Shown here piece by piece: positions 46,657 through 58,443 of a stretch of DNA of 64,000 bases. How positions within the stretch are numbered: position 1 is the first letter of the stretch; each line of letters begins with the position of its first letter. Under the pieces are notes generated by a model. That model saw only the letters and a list, made by a program, of their open reading frames with translations, had not been told where the DNA came from and made no database searches. A program made the position numbers and the translations under genes. Origin of the DNA: Mobula hypostoma (Eukaryota); NCBI RefSeq assembly GCF_963921235.1, contig NC_086097.1:23996001-24060000 (forward strand). The letters are read 5' to 3'.

Positions 46657-49600
46657 CCCTTACTATTTAAGTACCTATCAACCTCTGCTTTAAATATACC
46701 CAATGACTAGGCCTCCATGGCTGTCTGTGGCAACGAGTTCCACAGATCTGTCACACTCTGGCTTAATAAATTTCAAATCATCTCTGTTCAAAAAAGATGT
46801 GGAAGCTTTAGAGAGGCTGCGGAGGAGATTTATCAGGATGCTGCCTGGACTGTATTCCCTGGAGAAGAGGAGAATGGAGATTTCAAAATTATGAAGGGTA
46901 TAAATAGGGTAAATGCAAGCAGGCTTTTTCCACTGAGATTGGGTGAGACTAGAGCGAGAGGTCATGTTTTAAGTTCTAAACCCAGGTCACTGGAGGCATG
47001 AGATGGCAGCTCTACTCACAGTATCGCCATGCCATCCCATGACGTTATACCGCATACCCGGTCAACTCTCAGCTCAGACACACAAGGGAGACTCCATTAA
47101 CTGAAAGCCTGGATCAACACATGCAAAATGCTGGAGGAAATCAGCAGGTCCAGCAGCATTAATGGAGGGGAATAAACAATCGACTTTTCAGACTGACACA
47201 CTTCATCAGGACTATCATTTCCATCCATAGGTGCAGCCTGACCTGCTGAGTTTCTCCAACGTTTTGTGTGTATTGATCTGAGAATACTGTCTTCTTCATG
47301 CCTCAGTTCTGTATTTCTATATATCAGCCAGGAAAATTAAAGACAAGGAGACCAATAATAATCAAGAAGGTGAAAGTGACTCCTGACAGAATAATGAAGA
47401 AAGAGCCAGTTTAGATAACTCACCTCCTTAACCCCAAACATCAGAAGCAATATGGAAAGATGACAGATGAGATCTTTCTGACCAGGAGGGTCCATTATCC
47501 ATCTTTTTCTGTCTATGGACAGTTTTAGCTGAATCACTTTCTATAATTTAGCATGTTTCCTGTTCTGAGTGACACACACAAAATGCTGGAGGAACTCAAC
47601 AGGCCGGGCAGCATTTTGTGTGTATTACTAATGATCTCTATCATCTGCAGATCTTTTGTAAGACAATAAGATCATAAAATATTGGAGCAGAATTAGTCCA
47701 TTTGGCCCATTGCGTCTGCTCTGCCATTTCATCATGGCTGATCCATTTTCCCCCTTAGTCCCAGTGTCCTGCCTTCATCCCTAAACTCTCCATGCCCTGA
47801 CTAATCAGGAATCTATCAATCTACAGCTTAAATACATAATGACTTGTCCTCCACGCTGCCTTTGACAACAAATTCCACAGATTCACTACTCCTTCATTTG
47901 GACTGTTCACTCCCTTCAGTAGATGCTACCTGACCTACTGAAGCTGAACATGTCCGGCAGCATCTATGAAGAAGAATAAAGAACCAAGGTTTTGGGCTGA
48001 GGCCCTTCACTGTTTCTCTCGCCACAGATGCTGAGTGTTTCCTGCACTTTCTCACTTTATTTCATACTTCAAGAGTACTTTGCTGGTCATCTACTCTACA
48101 CTTTCTCTATAGCTGTTAGACTTTAGAGCATTGGTCATAGCACATTACAGCACAGGACAGGCCCTTCTGCCCACATTGTTGTGCCAACTTTTTAATTTAT
48201 GATACATTAGTCTAACTCTCCTCTCCTACGTAACCCTACATTTTTCTGGGGTGATCGTACAAACTCCCTAGGTAAGCAGTGGGAACTGAACCCTGGTCAC
48301 TGGTACTGTCAAGCGTTGTGCTAACAACTATGCTACCGTGCTGCCAACTTTAGTAAGTGTCCATAGTGTAGCTGCCGCTATCACCACCCCTGGCAAGCTA
48401 ATTGCTGAACATTTTCTGTGCAAAGAACTTACCTCTGACATCACCCCTTTTCTTTTCTCCAATCACCTTAAAATGATACCCCCATGTATTAGCGATTTCC
48501 ATCCTGGGAAAAAGTCTGTGGCTGTCCTCTCTATCTATGCCTCTTATCATCTTGTACACCTCTATCTGTCACCTATCATCCTCCCTCACTCCAAAGACAA
48601 AAGCCCAAGTCCACTCAACCTATCCTCATGGGACATGCTCTCTCAACCAAGCAAGCCTCCTGGTAAATCTTCTCTGCACCCTCTGTAAAGCTTCTACATC
48701 CTGAGGTGGCCAGAACCGAACACAATAATCCAAGTGCAGACAAACCAGGGTTTTACAGAGCTGAAGTGTTACTCATTGCACTTTATTCTGCATTGTGATT
48801 GTTTTAACTTGTTCTACCTCAGTACACTGTGTAATGACTTGATCTTTATAAACAGTATGCAAGACAAGCTTTTCACTGTACCTCAGTACGTGTGACAATA
48901 ATAAACCAATTCCAATTCCAATTTGGAATGCCCAGAGGTTGTGAAAGCCATTGTATCAATGCGAAGCACACCAGAGCAAACATTTGTTACAGCAATTAAA
49001 TTTAACCAAATACCTTTTGTGTATGCATCGTAGTGAGGCTGCAAATCCCAACCCATTTCCCACTCACTGCAATCACCCCTGTTAACTGAGTAATTGTGAC
49101 TGTTAATTCAGATGAAGTGAAAGTGTTTTTTTTTTAAATTTCCTGCCCACGTTACACATTGCACTGTGTTTCCAGCCCACATTGCGCTGGTAGTCACCTT
49201 CTGCAGAAGGTGCAACATGACTTATGTTATTTGGAAAGTCTGAGTAAGAAGTGCAGAGTATAAAAAGAATAAGAGCGAGGAACAATCCCCAGTTTTGGAT
49301 CAGGTTCCTCTTAAACTGAAAATTATGTCGACAATTCATGAAAAAGAAATGCAAAAACAGCAAATGCCTATTTGTCTCATCTGACCCACCAGAGGACATC
49401 CTCTTAAAGTGTGTGCAGGGAAGTACAGTGCAGGTGTCAGAGGTGGGTTTCTTACACAGGGAGATGCCTGGACGCACTGCCTGAGGAGGTGGTAGAGACT
49501 GATTCATTCGGGACATTTAAGAGACTCTTAGGTGAGCTGACGAAAAATAGAGGGTTTGGGGGCTATGTAGGAGGGACAGGTTAGACTGAATGTGTGGGAT

Positions 49601-50564
49601 AGGTTAAAAGGTCGGCACAACACCGTGGGCTGAAGGTCCACTACTGTCCTCTATTACTTGTTTTAGACGTCGTACAATCCATTCGCTCTCCAGAGGGAGA
49701 TGATCAAGGTACTCCTGCCATCAATCCTAACTCCTCGAATAACAAAGAATATTGAACATAGAACAGGTCCACACAGAACAGGCCCTTCGGCCTTCCGTGT
49801 TGTTCCTACCCATCAACCTACTCCAGGCTCAGTTTAGCCCTCCATCCCACATACAGTAGCCCTCCATTTTTCTTTCATCCACATGCCTATCTAAGAGCCT
49901 CTTAAATACCATTAATATATCTGCCTCTACCACTACCCCTGGCACTGACCTCATCAATCCACTTGCTTACCTTTTCAAAAAGACCTCAAGTTTGTGAGAC
50001 ATGAAATTCTAGGCACAAAGCCATGCCATTATTAGTCTTTGCCTTTCCAAATGCATATAGGTCCTGTCTCTCAGAACCTCCTCCAAAGACCTTTCCACAA
50101 TAGATGTTTGACCCTTTTAGATAACATGAGCCACCAGGGAGGACCATTTGTAGAACGTAGAGCATAAAACATTTTTTTTTTTGTCTTCACGAGTAATTGG
50201 ATTCCTTGCTGATGGAAAACAAAAATAGAAATCATAAATATTTAAAGATTAGTCAGTCAAACAGTATTTGTGAAAAGAGGAATCGGTTAATATTCCAAGT
50301 CAGGAATCCTTTATCAGTTTCAATCTGACGTGGTGACTGGTTTCTCTTTCCACAGATGCTGCCTGACTGGATGGGTTCTTCCAGTAGTTCTGTATTTGTT
50401 TCAGATTCCCACATTTGCTTTCCTTGCTGATAGAGCGTTTTCCCTATCACCTTCACCATCGCCTACCATACAATAATGTTTGCAAGCAGTCACTTCAGCT
50501 TTCTTCAATTTAATCAGATCCAAAGGTAAAACTTCTGAAAATCCAAGTTATGTGATATCCATTG

Positions 50565-50734
50565 TAACACAAAATGCAGGAGGAACTCAGAAGGTCAGAC
50601 TGCATCTGTGGAGAGAAATGAATAAAGAGTCTTTATTCCTCTCTATAGATGCTGCTGATGTGATGAGTTCCTTTAGTATTGTGTGTGTGTGTGTATTACT
50701 CTGGATTTCCAGCATCTGCAGAATCTCTTGTGCA
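50565..50734. mobile_element. Fold-back Penelope pLTR mini-element, 16-bp TSD
   Basis: Two inverted pLTR arms; TATGTGATATCCATTG at 50549-50564 and 50735-50750. Confidence 0.85.
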
Positions 50735-51059
50735 TATGTGATATCCATTGCTAATTCTCATTTAGTATTTAATGTTCATTTTTTAAGGCAGACAAGTAAG
50801 AAAAACTTGTATTCTAGTAACAACCTCCAAGCCTCTTTTCAGGGACATCTGAAAGTTCTTTAGTGTCAGTGCCATGTGGTCACTGTAATAAAGTAGAAAA
50901 TTGGCATCAACATTCTTTTAAACTATGCTTTCTTTTCGACTGCACTATTAGTCGAATATTGTTAGCTTTTCAAATTATGTTCTTTTTATTGCACATGCCA
51001 GACTAACAAGCTAACAGATATCAGTATCAGGTTGAATTCTTTTAATGAACACCATGGAA

Positions 51060-51593
51060 ATGTACGAATGAACTTTTCTCTGGTTTCCAGCCGGGTACAG
51101 GCGTCGATAGTAACCAATATTTCGATGTGAAACTCTGCCACCTTCATCAGGGATTATCCCTGGACATGACTAGCCCGATGGCATTTATACTTCTGTAGTC
51201 CTTCCCGCTGATTGGTTAGTCCTCATCCAATCAGATTTCTGCTCTCCCACCTTGTTTACAATCAAATTCTCATTCTTACTTAGAGAAAAACTTTCATCTT
51301 TGTTAAAATTATTTTCCTCTAGTTTTATTTCAATGGCAATCTTTACCAGGTGGTCCCAAAAGCCTTTGGTGTGGCACAGTAGTTTGAGCCATTGAAGTCA
51401 ATCCTATGGCCAATGTAATGCAGTGTTCTGCTACTGTTGATTTCTCTCGGTCACGGTATGTCAGCCAGACAGGACACACTGTAGAACCCTGCATCAAGGA
51501 GCACAGAAAGTGTCTCTGTTTGGGTTATCTGGAGAAATTGACAATAGAAGGAATCTGCATTTGCAATGGCCATAGGATTGACTTCAATAGCAC
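51060..51593. mobile_element. Second Penelope-like family: minus-strand GIY-YIG end + pLTR, with inverted plus-strand GIY-YIG piece
   Basis: Minus: GHRIDFNG..GFWDHLVKIAIEIKLEENNFNKDE; plus: YVSQTGHTVEPCIKEHRK..GHRIDFN; CTGATGA..CGAAA motif on minus at ~51111-51152; another pLTR piece at ~34700-34785. Confidence 0.8.
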
Positions 51594-52490
51594 CTAACTT
51601 TATATAGTCTGCAAATTTGGCCACAAAGCCATCAATTCCATTATCCAAATCATTGACATAAAATGTAAAAAGAAAGATCCTAAACCAATTCCTGTGGGGC
51701 ACCACCAGTCACCAGCAGCCAATCAGAAAAAGCTCCCTTTATTCCCACTCTTTGCCTCCTGCCAATCACCCAATCCGTGATTCATTCTCACACAAAATGC
51801 TGGAGGAACTCAGTAGGCCAGGCAGCACCTATGGAAAAGACATATCAGGCCGAGACCCTTCTGCAGAACTGGGGGAAAAAGAAAGATGAGTAGTCAGAGT
51901 TAGAAGGTGGGGGGAGGGAAGGAAGAAACACAAGGCGATAGGTGAAACTGGGAGGGGAAGTGGTGAAGTAAAGAGCTGGAAAGTTGATTGGTGCAGCAGT
52001 TTCATGTGTGTCACCTTGTCAAAGGCCTTCTGAAAATCTAAGTACACAACATACACCGATTTTCCTTTATCTATTCTACTTGTTATTTCTTCAAAGAATT
52101 CCAAGGATTTGTCAGGCAAAATTTAGCCTATTTTATCATGTGCCTGCAAATACCCAAAGACCTCATCCTTAACAATGGATTTCAACATCTTCCCAACCAC
52201 TGACGCCTATCATACCCTTTCTTCTTCCTCAACCCCTTCTTGAAGAATGGAGTTGCATTGTAATTTTCCACTCCACTGGAACTATTCCAGAACCTTGTGA
52301 TTCTTGAAAAATGCCTCCACAATCTCCTTCAGCTACTTCTTCCAGAACCCTGGGGTGTAGTCCGTCTGGTCCAGGTGACTTATCTACTTTCAGACCCTTC
52401 AGCTTCTCGAGCACCTTTTCCTTAGTAATAGCAACTGCTCTTTCTTCTGCCCCTTGACAGTCTTGAACCTTTGGCATACTGCTAGTGTTA
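51594..52490 (-). mobile_element. CR1 RT remnant with a Penelope pLTR insertion (~51785-51990)
   Basis: KSPGPDGLHPRVL, YLDFQKAFDKV, KFADY motifs in ORFs 52229..52531, 51829..52119, 51451..51705. Confidence 0.85.
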
Positions 52491-53152
52491 TTGTTGCAAG
52501 ATTTTTCTTGGCTCGTTCTCACTGCTCTCATTAACTTAGCTTTAGACAGTTCCTTTACCCTTTCTAATACTCGGATTAGTTATTGTAAGGTAGATTTTTG
52601 ACGGCATTGCTTGTTTTTGAAATCACTCTTTTTGGCCTCTGGGCTATGTGTTCCTGGTTCTTGCCAATTTCTTCTCTTTTCTCACAGGGAACCCCTTCCA
52701 TCCTGCATTTCTGTAAGTGACCTGTACTGAATGGTAATAACGCCTCCTCAAGATAATCCATTTTATGTGAAGTATTCTGCTACAGTATTTTGTAATGCTA
52801 TTCTTTTCTACCTGGCTGGTGCCAAAATGACAAGCTGATGCCTCTCCTTCTTATTAAAGGTCAGATTCCTTAATAGGACTGTATAGATGAAAAATTGTTC
52901 ATTCTGCAGCAGGGATAGTTCTGTCCCTGATTGCCATTGTGTTCCCACATGAATTTACATTACATCACTAAACTGACCCATGTTCAAGGTCTCTGCAACT
53001 CACGTTCTCAGTAGTATTTATTTACCTGTTTTTATTATTATTTGCATGATTTGTCTTCTTTTGCTCATTGGTTGTTGGTCAGTTTCCATTTATACAGAGA
53101 TTTTCATAAATTCTATTATATTTCTCAATTTTCCTGCAATTACCTGCAAGAA

Positions 53153-53450
53153 GGGAACTACTGTAGCATAGTGGTTAGCACAACGCTTTACAGTACCAAC
53201 GACTTGGGTTCAATTCCCGGCGCTGTTTGTACGGATTTCGTACATTTTCCCCCTGACTGAGTGGGTTTCTTCTGGGTGCTCCAGTTACCTCCCACAGTCC
53301 AAAGATGTACCAGTTGTTAGCTTAATTGGTCACTGTAAATTGTCCTGTGATTAGACTAGGATTAAATCAAGGGATTGCTGAGCAGCGAGGATTGAAGGGC
53401 CAGAATGGTTTATTCCACACTGTATCGCAACAAATAAACAATAAATAAAT
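53153..53450 (+). mobile_element. Full-length tRNA-derived V-domain SINE
   Basis: A box TAGCATAGTGG, B box GGTTCAATTCC, V domain GTGGGTTTCTTCTGGGTGCTCCAG..CCCACAGTCCAAAGA, (AAAT)n tail; interrupts a Rex tail. Confidence 0.8.
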
Positions 53451-54022
53451 AATCTCAAGGTAGTGTATGGTGACATAGATGTACTTTGATAATAAATTTT
53501 ATTTTGGACTTTGAACAGTGACTGTGTGCCAAAAGTATGTCCTTAACTAAAAAGTGCTTGAGGGAAATCATGAAAGGAACATAACGATATCAAAGTTCAA
53601 AGTAAAATTTATTATCAGAGTGCATACATGTTACCTTGAGATTCTTTTTCTGCAGGCATACCTAGTAAATCAATAGAACAGTACCTGTAAAGGTCCATGT
53701 TCAATATTTAAAAAGCAGAGCTTCGAGCCAGTTTTTCTCTGAGTTGGACAAAACCCACAAGATGTGGGTGAAAAGAGAGACTTTTTAATCAGAGCGACGA
53801 TTGAGATTTTGAAGACAGAGTTTCGCGGCAGTTTTTGTGAGCTGAGGAGCAACCAAACAGCGAGCAGCATCATTAGAAAGGGTAATAGGAGCAGCCTTTG
53901 TTGTGCGTGTGCCAGTGTTTAGAGTGGCTTTGGCTCATCAGCCTTAGGTTGGATTGTATCTTGTAAGTTACTCTCTCTCTGTCCTTATTTATTTATTCCT
54001 CGTCTGTCAGGGCCTAGCGAGA

Positions 54023-54929
54023 ATGGCTCCTGGGGCAGTGTTTTATATTCTGTGTGGGATGTGGGAAACACATCTGCACCAGGTGTACTGAGCTGCAGCT
54101 CCTGAGAGAACGTGTTAAGGAACTGGAGCTCTGGCTCGATGACCTTTAGCTCATACAAGGGAATGAGGAGGTAGTAGACAGGAGCTACAGGAAGGTAGTT
54201 ACTCCAAGTTTGCAGGAAACAGGTAACTGGGTGATTGTCAGGAGAAAGATGGGAAATGCTCAGCCAGTGCAGAGTAGACCTGTGTCCATTCCCCTCAGTA
54301 ATAAGTTATACAACTTTAGATACTATTGAGGGGGAATGACCTACCCGGGGGAGCCACAGTGATCGGGTCTCTGGCACTGAGTCTGGTGCTGTGGCTCAGG
54401 AGAGCAGAGAGGTGAAGAGGATTGCAGTGTTGATAGGAGATTCCTTCATCGGAGAAACAGAAACAAGATTCGGTGGGCACAATAGAGACATTCAGATGGT
54501 ATGATGCCTCCCTAGTGCCAGGATCAGGGATGTCTCAGACCAGGTCCATGGCATTCTCAAGGGTGAGGGTGAGCAGCCAGAAGTTTTGGTGCATGTTGAC
54601 ACCAATGACAGAGGTAGACAAGGTGAAGAGGCCTTGAAGAGGTATTTTAGGGAGTAAGCTGTGAAACAGGACCTTCAGGGTAGTCATCTCTGGACTGATG
54701 CCTATGCCATATGCCAGTGAGGGTAAGAATAGAATGATTTGGCAGGTGAATGTGTGGCTGAGTAACTAGTGCAGAGGGCAGGGGTTCAGAGGTTGAGATT
54801 ATCGAACATTTTGATTTCTTCTGGGGAAGGTATGACTTGCACAAAAGTGACGGGTTGCACCTGAACCAAAGGGGGTCCAATATCCTTGTGGGTAGGCTGG
54901 ATAGAGATTTTTGGGTGGGTTTAAACTAA
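54023..54929 (+). pseudogene. CR1 ORF1: Cys/coiled-coil region + SGNH(GDSL)-type esterase, disrupted
   Basis: Manual translation: ICTRCTELQLLRERVKELELWLDDL, VLIGDSF, VLVHVDTND, DGLHLN; ends GLN*. Confidence 0.85.
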
Positions 54930-56698
54930 TTTGGCGGGGACATGGGAACCAGAGTGATAGTGCTGAAAATAAGGTATTTAGTTTGCAAACAGAGGCAATG
55001 TGTGGTGACACTTCGAGCAAGGAGAGGCTGATGTTAGGGCAAAATGGCCGTCAACAGTATGAATTGCAAAGTAAAAGGTGAACAAAATCAAAAAGGGTGA
55101 ATACATGACTGATGATGTTACATTTAAATGCACATAGTATACAGAATAAGGTAGGTGAACTTGTAGCAAGTTACAGATTGGCATGTATGATGTTGTAGGC
55201 ATCACTGAATCATGGCTGAAAGAAGATTATAGCTGGGAGCTTAATATCCAAGTATACACATTGTATCGAAGGGACAGGCAGGAAGGCAGAGGAGGTGGCA
55301 TTGCTCTGTTGGTAAAAATGAAATCAAGTCATTAGAAAGAGGTGACATAGGGTCGTAAGGTGTTGAATCATTGTAGATAGAGCTAAGAAATGGCAAAGGT
55401 AAAGAGACTCTGATGGGAGCTATATACAGATCCCCAAACAGTAATAAGGATGTGGTCTACAAATTTGAACAGGACATAGAAAATGCATGCCAAAAGGGCA
55501 ATGATACAATAGTCATGGGGGATTTCAATATGCAGGTAGGTTGGAAAAATCAGGTTGGTGCTGGATGCCAAGAGGAGGAATTTCTAGACTGCCTATGAGA
55601 TGGATTTTTAAAGTAGCTCGTGGTGGAGCCCTCTATGGGATCAGCTATTCTAGATGTTGTGCAATGGACCGGAATTGATGAGAGAGCTTAAGGTGAAAGA
55701 ACCCTTTAGGGAAAGTGATCATAATATGATCAAATTTACCCTGAGATTTGAGAAGAAGAAGCTAAAGTCAGATGTAACAGTATTACAGTGGAGTAAAGGG
55801 AATTACAAAGGTACGAGAGAGGAGTTGGAAAAGAACACTGGCAGGGAGGATAGTAGGATGGCTGGAATTTCTGGAAGCAATTTGGAAGTCACAGGACATA
55901 TACGTCCTAAAGAGGAAGAAGTATTCTAAGGGCAAGATGACATAACTGTGGCTAACAAGAGAAGTCAAAGCCAACATAAAAGCCAAGGAGAGAGCATATA
56001 ATAGAGCAAACATTGGTGGAAAGTCAGAGGATTGAGAAGCTTTCAAATACCAACAGAAAGCAACTAAAAAAGTCATGAAGAAGGCAAAGATGGAATACGA
56101 AAGAAGCTAGCCAATAATATTGAAGATGATACCAAAAGTTTCTTCAGATACATAAAGTGTAAAAGAGAGGCGAGAGTGAATATCGGACAGCTGGAGGACG
56201 ATGCTGGAGAGGTAGTAATGAGGGGCAAAGAAAAAGTGGACGGACTGAATAAGTAATTTTGCATCAGTCTTCACTGTGGAAGACCAAGCAGTACGTTGGA
56301 AATTCCAAGTATCAGGGGTCGTGAAATGTGTGAAGTTACCATTACTTGGGAGAAGGTTCTTAGGAAACTGAAAAATGTGAAGGTAGATAAATCACCTAGA
56401 CCCTGGGGTTCTGAAAGAGGTGACTGAAGAGATTGTGCAAGCATTAGTAATAATGTTTCAAGAATCACTAGATTCTGGAATGGTTGCGGAAGATGGTAAA
56501 ATTGCAAATGCCATTCCATTCTTCAAGAAGGGAGAGGGGTACAAGAAAGGAAATTGTAGTCCAGTTAGTCTGAGCTCAGTGGTTGGGAAAATGGTGGAGT
56601 CGATCGTTATGTGTGTGGTTTCGGGGTACTTGGAGGCACATGATAAAATAGGTCGTAGTCAGCATGGGTTCATCAAGAGAAAATCTTGCCGAACAAAT

Positions 56699-57181
56699 TT
56701 ATAAGGATTTTGCAGAGGAGATTTACAAGGATGTTGCCTGGATTGGGGAGCGTGCCTAATGAGAATAGCTTGAGTGAATTCGGCCTTTTTACCTTGGGGC
56801 GACGGAGGATGAGAGGTGACCTGATAGAGGTGTGTCAGATGATGAGAGGCATTGATCGTGTGGATAGTCAGAGGCTTTTTCCCAGGGCTGAAATGGCTGC
56901 CACAAGAGGGCACAGTTTTAAGGTGCTTGGAAGTAGGAACAGAGGAGATATCAGGGGTAAGTATTTTACGCAGACAATGATGAGTGTATGGAATGGGCTG
57001 CCGACGGCAGTGGTGGAGGCGGAAATGATAGAGTCTTTTAAGAGACTCCTGGATAGGTAAATGGAGCTTAGAAAAGTAGAGGACTATGGGTAACCCTAGG
57101 TAATTTCTAAGGTAAGGACATGTTCAGCACAGCTTTGTGGGCCGAAGGGCATGTATTGTCCCGTATATTTTCTATGTTTCT
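56699..57181 (+). mobile_element. Younger CR1 3' fragment nested in the RT of the long CR1
   Basis: Host TNL codons split with AAAT duplicated (56695-56698, 57182-57185); same subfamily as 18409-18795. Confidence 0.88.
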
Positions 57182-58443
57182 AAATCTGTTTGATTTCTTT
57201 GAAGAAATAACATGCAGGATAGATAAAGGAGAAACAGCTGATGTTGTGTAGTTGGATTTTCAGAAGTCTTTTGACAAGGTACCACAAATGAGGCTGCTTA
57301 ACAAGCAACAAGCCCATGGTATTACGGGAAAGATTCTAGCATGGATAAAACAGTGGCTGATAGGCAGGAGGCAAAGAGTGGGAATAAAGGGAGCCTTTTC
57401 TGGTTGGTTGCTGGTAACTAGTGGTGTTCCACAGGGGTCTATTTTGGGACCGATTCTTTGTACGTTATATGTTAATGATTTCGATGATTGAATTGATGGG
57501 TTTGTTGCAAAGTTTACAGACGATATGAAGATAGGTGGAGGTACAGATAGTTTTGAGGAAGTAGAGAGGTTTCAGAAGGACTTAGACAAGTTGTGAGAAT
57601 GGGCAAGGAGGTGGCAGATGGAATACAGTGTCAGGAAGTGTATGGTCATGCACTTTGGTAGAAGAATTAAAAGGATTGACTATTTTCTAAATGAAGAGAA
57701 GATACAAAAGACTGCGGTGCAAAGAGTCTTGGAAGTGCCTGTGCAGGATTCCCTAAAGGTTAATTTGCAGGTCAAATCTGTGGTGAGGAAGGCAAATGCA
57801 ATGTTAGCATTCATTTCAAGAGGACTAGAATACAAAAATAAGGATGTAATGTTGAGACTTTATAAAGAACTGGTAAGACCTCACTTGGAGTATTGTGAAC
57901 AGGTTTTGTGCTCTTTATCTTAGAAAGGATGTGCTGAAACTGGAAAGGGTTCCAAGGACGTTCATGAATATGATTCCAGGTTTAAATGGCTTGTCATATG
58001 AAGAGTGTTTGATGGCTCTGGGCCTGTATTCACTGGAATTCAGAAGAATGAAATGTGACCTCATTGAAACCTGTGAAATCGTGAAAGGCCTTGATAGAGT
58101 GAATGTGGAGAAAATGTTTTCTATGATGGTAGAATCTAAGCGCAGAGGACACAGCCTCAGAATAGAGGGGTGTTCTTTTGGAATGGAGATGAGAAGGAAT
58201 TTCTTTAGCCAGAGAGTGGTGAATCTATGGAATTTGTTGCCACAGGCAGCTGTGGAGGCTGTCTATATGTATATTTAAGGCAGGTGTTGATAGATTCTTG
58301 ATTGGTCAGGGCATGAAGGGATATGGAGAGAAGGCAGGAGGTTGAAGCTGAGAGGAAAATTGGATCAAATGCCAGAATAGACTCAATGGCCCAAATGACC
58401 TAATTCTGCTCTTCTGTCTTATGATCTTATGGTCTCATAATCT

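Larger units (their letters stand above)
53692..58443 (+). mobile_element. Near full-length decayed CR1 LINE (5' UTR, ORF1, ORF2 APE+RT, 3' UTR)
   Basis: Interrupts a Rex tail (TAAA at 53688-53691 and 58444-58447); APE motifs (VGITESW, IYRSPN, MGDFN, SDHN) and RT motifs (DFQKSFDKV, GVPQGSILGP, FTDD); many stops and frameshifts. Confidence 0.9.

Noticed and set aside
56686..57060. Independent 124-aa gene
   Set aside because: C-terminus of a nested CR1 fragment.
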